Shown: positions 52,501 to 64,000 of the stretch, in pieces | Numbering within the stretch: the first letter of the stretch is position 1 | How the letters are laid out: every line of letters begins with the position of its first letter | Assembly (NCBI RefSeq): GCF_036588685.1 | Contig: NC_086383.1 | Span: forward strand, 10,602,001 to 10,666,000 | Direction: 5' to 3' | DNA from: Mytilus trossulus | Taxonomy: Eukaryota | DNA: 64,000 nt | The notes under the pieces: model-generated | Databases searched by the model: none | Seen by the model: only the letters and a program-made list of their open reading frames with translations | What the model was told of the DNA's origin: nothing | Translations under genes and position numbers: made by a program

Positions 52501-53799
52501 ACCAAGATTACATGTATAAAGAGCAACAAGCTCCAAATCATCAGAAGTTATTAGACAGGCACCTAGTATTTAAAATACTGCATAAGACACCATCCACCGA
52601 GTAGTTTTTGTCTTATTAACATTAGGATGGGAATTTGACTATCTTTAAATCTTAAAGAGATCTGCGCTGTTATCCCTTTTATTTACATAAGATAGATAAT
52701 CAATGGAATGATGAAAACAGATAGCAAGAACTAATTTTTAAAATAAAGGCATAGTAGATACTAGTATCAAGAACGAAAATAAAAATCGATAGCATACCGC
52801 GTGACATTCAATTCTCAACTTGCTTATATGAACTCATACCATCCTTAATTTAGCATGATCTGTTTTGACAAATTAAAATAGACAGAAAACATTGGACTTG
52901 TACTGAAATCTAAGGGTATATTAATCATGAAATTAGTATATTGTTATTTTTGCTATTGTTGGCTTGTCTGCAGACGGACTGCTGCGATGATATTGACATT
53001 GTTGCGTAATAATTTGAAATATACATCTGCCCGAACATTTTGAAATCCGTCCCGACACAATTGTGTTAGTTACACAATACCCAGATTTAAAAAAAAAAGA
53101 CACGACTCTGGGGTTATTCACATGTAATTGCATACGTATATAAAATAACACACTTGTCTTTTATTGTTTACTTCTACTTCATTTGAAGTTTGGTGGATAG
53201 TTTTTTATTTTGTGTTGAAACCCAACCCTTACCCCTAAGTCTAACCCTTCCAAATCATTTGTATGTGTTGTTTTGTTAATTAAATTAAAGTAATTGATTC
53301 GATCGAGTATACAATTTTTTTTATCAATACATTGTATGTTAAAAAAAGTGTACATGGTAGACATTTAAAACGTCATATGGGCGGTGGAACGGAAGCACGA
53401 ATTGGAACTATCTTATATTGGAGGAGGAGAGGGGGAAAACAACCATCCCAATGATCCATTACTTTATTTATAGGAAACACATGAGAAATGATGTAAACTG
53501 TATTTATCACTACTTAAGTATGTATGTACGTTCATTTGTCATTAATTCTCTTTTCTGACTTGCCCTTCGTGTCAGCTTTGTTTTGTCTTCAATTAAACTG
53601 CAAAATTGTTTATATGATATAAAAATGTATGTCGATAATTTTATTAAAACATTGCCGGTTGTAACGATATTTTAATCAAAGTTATTGATAGAGACATGAC
53701 CGCGGATAGTTTTTTGACACGTACTTGTTATTTCAATTACTAGATACATTGCAGAAGATAATAACACTAAGATTAAGTGTTCATCCTATTAAACCTTAA

Positions 53800-54110
53800 A
53801 AGGCTAAGATTTATGTTGTCACAAACGTTAAACAGATAAGTTTATAGTCTTAGGTTTTGTTTTATAAATCCTTAAAATGTTGATACTTATGTTGTCACAA
53901 ATTTTAAAAGAAAAAAAGATTGTGTTAGCTTAAGTATCATCCTTTACATCTTTGAAAGGTTGAGAATTATGTTGTCACGACTGTTCAACAGACATTTTTA
54001 TTGTCTTAGTTTTCGTTCTACACGTCTTTGAAAAGTTGAATTTTATGTTGTCACAAATGTTTAAAAAAAAAGATTGTTAGCTTAAGTTTGTATCCTATAA
54101 ATTTTTAAAA
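53800..54110. repeat. ~77-bp degenerate tandem repeat x4 (copy ~31250-31540)
   Basis: TTATGTTGTCAC at ~53811, 53888, 53967, 54043. Confidence 0.75.
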
Positions 54111-54449
54111 CGGTCCAATACCAAATGAAATGGACACTTGTAAAAAAAAAGAAAAAATAGAGCTACAACAATAAGAGCATAAACTTGCGTTTCTTATTCA
54201 TGGAGAGGTTACATATTATGAAAAAAGAATACGGGTCAAAATAAATAAAGAATACAGAGAATACAGGAAAAATGGTTTAAAGAAACAAAAGTAAAGGACC
54301 CCTATCTAGATCCCCGTGAATGTTAAATACGGTATCGGTCTTAACTGTTTTGACTACCCACAGTTGGAAATCTTATAGGAATCTCGTCTCTTTTAATCAG
54401 AACTAAAATATTGACAAATGAGGTAGAAGTGTTCAGTGTACTTCCTGTC

Positions 54450-55330
54450 TATAAGTATTCAAAAGACAAACTTTTGAATTATATGCATATTTACAAAATG
54501 TCTTAGAGATGCATTGATCGTATTATTTAAATATTGTCACGGTTGACAAAACTCATTGGTCTAGATTGAATCGTTTATTTATTATCATTTCATTCATTGT
54601 AAGGGATGACTGTAATTATCGCCAGTACATTAACAATTGTCAGTAGAATCACGAAGTATCACGTAGGATCACGTAGCTCTCCTGTAGTGCTCCTTATTCT
54701 ATTTCTGTATGTTGTTTACACATTGGGGTTTCGTCTGTTTTTTTAGAGGAAAAGGATAATGGTATAACAAGCTATTAAGTATCGATGATCCGATGTACTG
54801 GTAAAAGAGTTGGGCTTCTTTCTTTGCAATAAACTTTATTTTGAAAAATAATGGTACCTGTCTTTATCCAGAAAAATAATAAAATTCTTCAAAAATTAAA
54901 TGGAATGAAACTGATATATAGATATAGCTGTTCTTAGAGAAAATTATTTTTGTATATAAAAAATGTTTCAATGTTTGTATCAAATTTTCCACCACTTTTA
55001 AATATTGAAGACAATTTTGTCCTTTGTTCTTTAAGGTACAATTTGTAGGCATAACCACTAACTACTTCTAACATTTACAACATAGAAGCACGGAGTATTA
55101 CCATCCATAAGAAATAATTTATACCTATAAATTTGCATATTACATGTCTACAGGCACCAGGTAATACATGTAATATCAATAAGAGACAATTTATACATAT
55201 TACTGTGCATATAGCATGTCTAGACTCCATCAATATCCGACCGATTAGACTTAATACCATCAGTGTTTGAAAATCTGCGCTAATATGTTCAATATGGTAA
55301 TTTTAAATTGATACAGAAGCAGCACTTAAC
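54450..55330 (-). pseudogene. Fossil membrane protein gene remnant E (homologue ~33400-34570; absent from U1)
   Basis: ORF-track fragments LIGRILMESRHAICTVICINCLLLILHVLPGAC and LKHFLYTKIIFSKNSYIYISVSFHLIFEEFYYF, then GALQESYVILR and ILLTIVNVLAIITVIPY; hydrophobic blocks in a similar order to B/C. Confidence 0.4.
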
Positions 55331-58300
55331 AATGTTTAATACACACTTTATTTAAATTTAACCATTTATCTAAAGCGTAACGAAACAATACCAATAAGTT
55401 CTGAAATAAATTGAACTTGTTTAATTTACATTCGTCGTTTCGAGGCGTTTTTAATCTTCTTATATAAGTATCGGTTTGAACATTGGTGAAGGATTTACGG
55501 TGACCTTAAAATATTTGCTAAGTTAATGTCATTCAGTCCCTCTTGAAAAAATGTTTCATTGGAAATTATACCGAATTTTCTCTTTTTTATACTCAAGCTT
55601 TCATGCCGGTGACATCTTGTCTATTTAATGGGACACAATGCATACTTTGTTTCCAAAGGCGCATTTAATGCAGTCCGATATGTATAATGTTCCGCAACTG
55701 ACGTATACCAATACATAGTATTTAAGGAGGGTTCACGGAGTGATTCGATTTATTTTGTGTTTCCGGTTCTAATTGGTGTAAATGAGGCGATACGATACAT
55801 ATGTTGTCCTAAGTTGCGCAAACGAAGCGAATTTATTTATACAATATCACATGTGGCGACACGAAACGATACACATTATGTCTCATGTCGTTTTAAAAAA
55901 ATCTATACAATAAATGTGTTCTTCGTTGTGGTCAATATGACGGGATACGATATACGTATTGTACCTTGTGGTACGTACGACGTTATACTATATGCATAGT
56001 GTCACCTGTGAAACATTTGCTGAGATACAATACGTATCTGGTCTCCTTTAGAATATACAACTCGATACGATATCTTTGGTCTGGGCTGTGGACATAAGAC
56101 ATTATGTGGTTAATATCTTATCCCCTGTTTCGCAAACGACGCGATTCTTAAGCATGCGTAAAACACTACATATTTATTTCCTCAAGGGGATACAGCTCGA
56201 AACGTAATCTTAATTCCACGCCGTGGTTTATTCGCTGAGGCAGGTTAAACATCTTGTCTCCTGTAAGAATTGTGTTAACTGCTATGATTTTCCAATATTA
56301 TAAAATTGATGATAAAAGTCTACGGTTTATGTAAATATACTGTTCAGTTATATACGTTTAGTCTACGATTAAACAATTATGCATGTTTAGTTAATTATTT
56401 AACAATTCTGTTCGTTCGGTTCAAGATTGAACTGACTATCATAGCGAGGTCTAAGATTTGAAATAATACAGAGCATTACCAATGTCTTTGATTGTTCAAC
56501 ATATGAAATTAAGTGAATCAGGTGACCTGAACTACTATTGAATCTTTATACTTATCTTAACATTGGTATATGATATAACTTCTGCAATTCAATACACGAC
56601 CTGTAAATATAGGAATATTATTTCGTCTTAATAAGACATGTCTATGCAAACGTTCCAGACAGACGGTTCGTACCGTAATATGCTTAAATAGTTGAAGTAG
56701 AGTGTAAAAGTATATCTTATTTATCTCAGTGGTCAAAGATTAATTTGCTGTTTTACACGAGATTTGCGTAATAAATATGGCAATGATATATCGTCCACAT
56801 GACAGTTTCTCTAATAGTTAACAACAATTCTTTAAAACGAGCTTGTTACTCAATAAACACAAATATTTGTCTTTAACTTTGAGAAATACTTATATGTCTA
56901 ATATACAATGTATTTGATATAAGAGTATAAAAAAGAAGTTGAACAGTCGTGTATAGAAAGTGGTTAAGTTCGCTACCAAATGTCTAAAGCAAGTCAGAAA
57001 TATGAGATGTTGTAATCCACACATTTGTTTGATGTGTTTAAACTTTTGATTTGCTGTTTGATAAGGGACTTTCGATTTTAAATTTCTTTTCAAGTACTTG
57101 TTTGAACCAGAATACAGACAAACAAAATGAAACTATTAGACGAAAGAGTAGTATATAGTCATAAGTTATAGTGATATGCATGTCATATTACCCCTAAAGG
57201 GTCGTTCAAACTCATACATGAAACACAAATTGGCAATGCCAAGGCAAAACATGCTTTTAACCTTTTGGCTTTGAAATTAACTGAAAGTAAAATTGCAATT
57301 TTGTATTTGTGCTTCGGACGCGCACATTTAAAAAAGTTGACTTAAGATTGACGTCAATGTAATTTATTTTTTTATAATCAGCTCATTAACTGAAATAGTT
57401 CTTTTATATATCATTGGCTTTGAAATGTTCGGCTTTTATCGTTCAAGATGCAGGTAAATTCAGGAAAGAGTTTATGGGTGCATAACATTAAATGTAAATA
57501 TAAAGTGTTATTTTTACTTTCCATATATCGCACTTGCCGAAGAAAGACTGTCAGGAAAATGTTGTGGGTATGTTTACATTCATTAACATAACAAAATCCG
57601 CTTGGACTTTGGTTTATGCTTCTGTAATTATGCATTTTCTATTTATAAATAATTATTCAATGTCTGCGGCTATTCAATGATATTTCGGTAAGCTATTTGG
57701 GTTGATCAATTATATTACATTCATAAGAGTTTCGATTGATACCGTTCATGCGGGTTTACAAAAAAAAATGTTGTAAATGTATTTTTCTCGTATCTGCTGA
57801 CGAATTAAAGTTGGGTTTTTTTTGGTATCGTTGATAATTAATTTTTGGAAATAGTTTATTCTTTTGTCAAAATGAGAATTTAATGTTCGAATGGTGAATA
57901 AAAAAGTCCCAATTAAAAATATCAACTCACATAGCAACAGCATACGTCAATGCAGACTGGTAAGAACATCCTTCAAAAGACGTTGATTTGAACAAAAAGT
58001 GAACGACTGTAAAGGTTCTGATTTAGTTCAGACACTTTGCAAATGAAAGAGAAGATAAAGTTAGAATTGGCGTTACGCGAATTGTAAGTGTCTATTAATA
58101 TCAAGTGTGAGATATTTTCGATAAAGGTTTTGTGCTTTTAAGGATTTGAAATATCCTATATTCGTCTGACATTAAGTTTTCTGTTAACTGTTCATTTGTT
58201 TAAATCCCTAGAAAAGTTTCCTGTCTCTCAGGAAATGTTTCTCATTAATAGATGTGACAATGATTTTTTTTTTAATCCCTCCATCGTGACATTTGAGAAA

Positions 58301-59716
58301 GTTTAAAACTATTTCAATTACTTACAGATATAGGTCATTTTTCTCTTTGTCGCATTGTGTATTATATCTATAGAAGCAATTAGGCAAGGCTCATGGCGAT
58401 AAAGAGAAAAAATTAAAAATAAAAACAAAAATTTCTTATAAAGATACCTATATTTACTTTATCATATTTGATTATACTAAAAATAATATTTTGTCTTTTG
58501 TAATTCTTGCATTTGAAAACATTTTTAACGACATAAAGTATTTCCGTGTCGTCCATACGCGCGACTTCTGATCGGATTTGGTACATTTACTCTGTCTTTG
58601 ACAGCGAATATCAATGAAATCTTCATTTATAGGGAAACATGGTTATATTTGTTTTTCAATTGGTAATTAGTGTTTTAAAATTTGATTTTCCAACCAGAAA
58701 ATGAAGTTTGCAATTTTTATGGGTTCTCTCAGTAAAACATTCTCAGTTTACGATTTGTTTTGTTAACTTCTTACGTGATTATTATCATAAGAAGCCCAAT
58801 TATAAAAATTAAGTTTTCAAACCAGAACAGCGAGACAAAGTTATAAAAATGTTATAATTACATTATTTAACATGCTTCACAAATTTATCAAGGTCGTGGG
58901 TTGAAGAAATCATGTTATAAATAACAAGAGCGGAGATGATAAATTTATGCATGCATCTTAATCATATAGATTTTGGGATTCTCTTTTGCATTTATGACTC
59001 CTTTCATCAAATATCAGTCAGTTCTGTTAGTAAAAGTAACCGAGAACACTGGAATATCTAAGCTTCAATAGTTGTTAATATCTGTGTCATTTTGGTATCT
59101 TGTGAAGAGTTGTCTCATTGGCAATCATATCACATCTTCTTTTTTTTTATATTTACAAAATGAAGAGATGTGATATGCTTGCAAATAAAATATCTCTCCA
59201 CAAGTGAATGCTGTGCACTGTATTCCTTTATATTTACTAAATAGAAATAATTTATAAAGAATAATGGATAACAGAATGAAAAGAAATATAATTGAATATT
59301 CTTTAACATAGTATACTATCATTTTTTTTAACTTAATCTGAATCAACATATTCTATTTATCAACCAATCACATATTGAAGCACACACGTGTTTTCTTCTG
59401 ACGGCTTTATGATAAATTTTTTCTCCATTGTTTATATACTTTATATGAGCTGATGCAATAAGCCAATCTAAAAAGTATAACCTAAATCCTTTTCTTATCA
59501 ACGATACATGGCAATGCATTTCCCATATATAATTAAATAGTGTGCACGGTACTAGACTTAAGAATTGCTCGATTGGTGTTGATTGTTTTCTTCATCAAAA
59601 GTATCTATTATTCAAGTATTCACGTGACATGTTCATATGGGAACAAAAGGTAAAAAAAATAGAATATAAATGATATGTTAACTATAGTTAGATAATCGTC
59701 CATAGACAAATATCAT

Positions 59717-59919
59717 ATTGCAGGTTATATTCGCGGGGGTAAAATTTCCCGATATTTATTGAAAAAGATATACGAAATATTTGGCGGCTATTAGTTTTGC
59801 GGAGTCAAATCTTTTATCAAATACCTTTGCATTTGCACTTTTAAATTGCCGGAATTTAGTTTGGCGATTTTTTTTCTATCTGCGACAATAATCAAACATT
59901 TACACCCCGCTATACAGTA
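59717..59919. mobile_element. Degenerate MITE fragment
   Basis: GCGGGGGTAAA near the left end versus TTTACACCCCGC-TATACAGTA at the right end; U4 only. Confidence 0.3.
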
Positions 59920-60440
59920 AGATGCATTTTGTGTTATAACAAATGATAACTCATTCCCAAGATAGAAACTATATTTGGATCGGTATGTTGCAGTTCTTTG
60001 ATGATGTTGGTTTTTTTTTAAGTGCGCTTCTTTTTTGATTATTCAGTGTATATAATATAATGACGTGTTTTGATCATGAAATAAAGCATGTCTTTAAGTG
60101 TTGAAAATTCAGTTGCCCATTCCAGCTCAGCATTTAGAATCTGAGTAGGTGTTGTTATACAACTCAATGCATGCTAACGTTAAATTCAACAATAAAGCAA
60201 TAACAAAGCTTTGATATAAAACCAAAGGATTGGGCTTAAAAGAAAATTTTGGCAAACAATACCAAAAATGTTTACGTATAAAAGTCTGATAGATAGTATG
60301 TTGATTAAGCTTACAATATTACCTACAATTGCTTTTATTGTACTGTATGCAATTTGATAAATTCATTTAATAAAGATGAACGCAAGATATTTACGCAACC
60401 TTAAATACATGTACAAATAACAGTTTCAAACTTGAATTAT

Positions 60441-61004
60441 AAAAAAGAAGATGTGGTATGATTGCCAATGAGACAACTATCCACAAAAGACCAAATTGAC
60501 ACAAACATTAACAACTATAGGTCACCGTACGGCCTTCAACAATGGGCAAAGCCCATACCGCATAATCAGCTATAAAGGGTCCCGATAAGACAATGTAAAC
60601 CAATTCAAACGAGAAAACTAACGGCCTTATTTATGTTAAAATTTTTTTTTTTTAAAATGAACCAAAAAAAAATATGTTACACATTAACAAATGACAACCA
60701 CTGAATTACAGGCTCCTAACTTATGACACGCACATACATGCATCATGTGGCGGGGATAAACATGTTAGCGGGATCCCAACCCTCCCCTAACCTGGGACAG
60801 TGGTATAATAGTACAACATAAGACCGAACTATAAAACCAGTTGAAAAAGGCTTAACTCATCAGATAGACAACAATACAAGTGGACGTGGCCGGGTACTGA
60901 TACATCCCGACACAAAAAGACATAATAAACAGAGAGTACTCGCAGTTATATGACAGCTAATTCAAAGCAACTAACAACTAATAAAAATCATGCCTCTAAG
61001 ACTA
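60441..61004 (-). mobile_element. Mytilus-type interspersed repeat (unclassified), U4 only
   Basis: Reverse complement of 46727-47205; empty site in U2 ~19150 and U1 ~3870. Confidence 0.75.
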
Positions 61005-61775
61005 AGTATAGTTTTACTTTGGTAAAACTGAGGTCATTTAAAATATGCAAGTTTCGAGATATGGTCGTACGTTACATCTATCATGTCGAATGAAAAGCTG
61101 AAAAGTTTAATGGCATACTGCGCGAAATATTTGGGAAATTAAAATCTAATAAGTTGGTCATCCTTCCTTCAGTCGTACGCCGCAACATAAATTATGTCTA
61201 GACTACCCTGCAGAATGCGACCTTTTAGATGCTTTATATTTTACTTGTGCGGGGATTAAAGCGAACCTTTTATATGAAAATGGCGTCATGATGGCGTGCT
61301 TATCTTATTGATGATATTTTTTTTCGATTAAAAGACATTTTCGATAAGTCGAGACTAAGCTTTTAGTCGTGACTCATTAACAACTTTTTGGCAAATCTGT
61401 TTATATCTTTTATCAATATAATAAAAGAGTAATGAAATGTATATCCATGCAATGCTTTGTTTTATAGTTGTCATTTCTATTTTGTTTATATAAAGGTTTA
61501 AAGATTTCATTTTGAGATTTGAGAAATGATCAACCTTTTTTAAATTGAAAATAAAACGCAAAAAGCCTTCGAGGGCAGATTAATTTTAAAATATATGAAT
61601 GTTATACACACAAAACTATTTTGCCTGAATGACTTATTGACAATACAGATAATACCGTTCATTTTCAAAGTTATTGAAACCACTGTTTCATTATCGCGGA
61701 GAAAGTAATAAAATTATACATGTAACATTTATCATGTATTACAAAAATCACAGGTCTTCAAAATCACATGACAAA

Positions 61776-61882
61776 AAGTAAAAACATAAAAATACTTAAC
61801 TCCGAGGAAAATTCAAAAAGGAAAATCAAAAATCAAAAGTCAAAATCAAAAGTCCAAACACATCAAACGAATGGACAACAAC
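61776..61882 (-). mobile_element. Short truncated repeat insertion with TSD
   Basis: TGACAAA duplicated at 61769-61775 and 61883-61889; sequence matches 21511-21620. Confidence 0.7.
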
Positions 61883-62100
61883 TGACAAACACGTGTATAT
61901 CTCGTGTTAGTATATTGAAACCACTGTTTCTTTATCAAGTGAGAGGAAAGTAGTAAAAAATACCATGTAGCATATTTAATCAATTACATAGTTTATCAAT
62001 TTCAAGGTCGTTAAACCAGTAATCATTCTTGTTTTCTTGAGACAGCTGTATTATAAATATGTTTCCAATTGTTTACATGTGTTGATACGAACCGATAAAA

Positions 62101-62473
62101 GAGGGACGAAAGATCCCAAAGGGACAGTCAAACTCGTAAATCTAAAACAAACTGACAACGCCTTGGCTAAAAATGAAAAAGACAAACAGAAAAACAATAG
62201 TACACATGACACAAAATAGAAAACTAAAGAATAAACAACACGAACCCCACCAAAAACTAGGGGTGATCTTAGGTACTCCGGAAGGGTAAGCAGATCCTGC
62301 TCCACATGCGGCACCCGTCGTGCTGCTTATGTGATTACAAATCTGGTAAAAAGTCTAATTCGGTAGGTCAAATTCATGAAAGGGAAGGGGATTGTAGTTA
62401 CGACGTAAGTAACATATCCGATATCATTTGTGAAACGGTTATTCCATAACGGTCAACCAACTCGTGATGGCGT
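62101..62473 (-). mobile_element. 5'-truncated retroelement 3' end (probable Penelope-like RT C-terminus plus 3' UTR)
   Basis: TSD CCGATAAAA (62092-62100, 62474-62482); minus strand encodes GRHHELVDRYGITVSQM; empty site in U1 ~5358; second copy at 63549-63774. Confidence 0.65.
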
Positions 62474-62707
62474 CCGATAAAATATAACCCATTTTTAACA
62501 AAAAAGAAAAAAAAGAAAAAAAGGGAGCTTGCTACTCTGTTATAGTCAACGATATAAGGCAATGCATATATCATGACGTTGATTACACTGTACCAAGTAT
62601 TTTTTGTCGAATCTAAATTATCTGGTTTAAAAAAAAAAGTGCAATGTTTACATAAGAGCAAATAAAAAAATAAATGCATTTATATATTACTTAAGATAAA
62701 TAAATAT

Positions 62708-62853
62708 AGATTCTTACATTGATACCCGTAAATTATCAGATTTATCCAATCAAGATAGTTAAATGGTCAATGGTCAAGTCCGAGCCGCTTCTTTGAAATT
62801 AATAATTTAACTATCGAGATTGGATAAATCCACAAGTAACTATGTAAGAATCT
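62708..62853. repeat. Imperfect inverted repeat (hairpin), probably a fold-back element end
   Basis: AGATTCTTACAT...GATTTATCCAATC.AGATAGTTAAAT pairs with ATTTAACTATCGAGATTGGATAAATC...ATGTAAGAATCT. Confidence 0.7.
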
Positions 62854-63548
62854 GTTTCTCTAATGATTGAAAAATACATTTCCGTTTTTTGTTAATCGAA
62901 CTCCCCTTCGAGTGTCTTTCACATTGCACGAAGTTGTCAATTTTATTAACACTTGTTAGCATATTTTGATTCATCCAGTAAGCTTAAAAGTTCATGACCC
63001 TTAAACCCATCCATTGATCTTTTGAGATCACCAGCAACCACACTGTACCAAGTATTGTTGTCTTATTCAAATTATCTAGTTTCAGAAAAAAAACTAAAAT
63101 ATTTACATAAGAGCAAATGAAAAATAAATGCATTTAAACTACTAAGTATTATTTAAGATAATAAAATTGCCATACAAAACTATTATAATTTTGTCTGATT
63201 ACATAGGAAACCTTCAATCCTCAAACTATTTTTATTATATTGGTTTCTTTGTGTTGCTGTTCCATTGATCAGTTGCTGTCTCATTTATTTGTTGTTGCCT
63301 CTTTCATGAATAGGTGTATGTATGAAATACATGTTGCTTTCTTGTCTCATTGTTGTGTTTTTTGTCTCATTAACGTGATAATATCTCGTTGACATGTTAA
63401 TATATGTGGGAGTGTAAATGTCATAAATACGTATAGCTGACATGTTTCCGTTTTGGTCTCGGATTATTGAGCTACTGTCCAATTGACTTGTTTGGTGATA
63501 TTCTTCAAAATCAACTACTTTTTAAATGTTAGTATCAATTGGTTATAT

Positions 63549-63774
63549 AAGAGAGGGACAAAATATACCAAAATGGACAGTCAAGCTCATTAATCTAAAA
63601 CAAACTGACAACGCCATGGCTAAAAAGAAAAAAGACAAACAGAAAAACAATAGTACACATGACACAACATAGAAAACTAAAGAATAAACAACACGAACCC
63701 CACCAAACACTAGGGGTATTCTCAGGTACTCCGGAAGGGTAAGCAGATCCTGCTCCGCATGTGGCACCCGTCGT
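63549..63774 (-). mobile_element. Shorter copy of the same retroelement 3' end
   Basis: Near-identical to 62101-62322. Confidence 0.7.
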
Positions 63775-64000
63775 ATATGATATACATACTCAGTAGATAT
63801 TTTCCCTATAGAATTTCATAGAACCTTTTTTGATCTAAATTGCGTTTTTTGTTATATTGTTTCAGAGTTGGTAGGACGGCTTGATTTGAAATTTAATTTA
63901 CGCATTGAGTTAAGTATTGAAAATTAAATTGCCCATTCCAGCTAAGCATTTTAAAGCTGAGTAGGTTTTGTCATACAAGTTGATTAATAATTTAGTTGGT

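Larger units (their letters stand above)
35761..56446. repeat. Tandem segmental duplication unit U3
   Basis: Anchor at 35761; colinear with U1/U2; private HINE-like (2.1 kb) and Academ-like (3.8 kb) insertions. Confidence 0.95.
56447..64000. repeat. Tandem segmental duplication unit U4 (partial, more diverged distally)
   Basis: Anchor AGGTCTAAGATTTGAAA at 56447; homologues of U1 680, 1898, 2690, 3436, 4019 and 5888 at ~57593, 57938, 58680, 60050, 61170 and 63925. Confidence 0.9.

Noticed and set aside
546-63767. ORF-track entries as real CDSs
   Set aside because: All are 130 aa or shorter, many start at non-ATG codons, and frames are not preserved between unit copies. They are chance ORFs or pieces of TEs and pseudogenes.

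Overview
AT-rich animal genomic DNA, most likely a mytilid bivalve (inferred from recognisable Mytilus-type repeats). I can support no intact protein-coding gene; the ORF track holds only chance ORFs and decayed fragments. The window is a head-to-tail tandem segmental duplication, with boundaries set at the anchor AGGTCTAAG(C/A)TTTGAAA: U1 <1-15055, U2 15056-35760, U3 35761-56446, U4 56447->64000. The core unit is roughly 15 kb and each copy has its own transposon insertions. Hand translation of the minus strand suggests the core is a series of 4-5 same-orientation fossil genes for multi-pass membrane proteins, with stops shared between units. Ancestry between units is mosaic. Most insertions can be checked against an empty site in a sister unit. 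They include a decayed Academ-type DNA transposon, Helentron-associated (HINE-like) elements, a piggyBac-like element, MITEs, V- and Deu/Nin-type SINEs, long-hairpin elements and retrozyme-like fragments with degenerate type I hammerhead ribozyme motifs. Coordinates were read by eye; repeat and pseudogene ends are approximate. Family names come from recalled motifs, not database searches.
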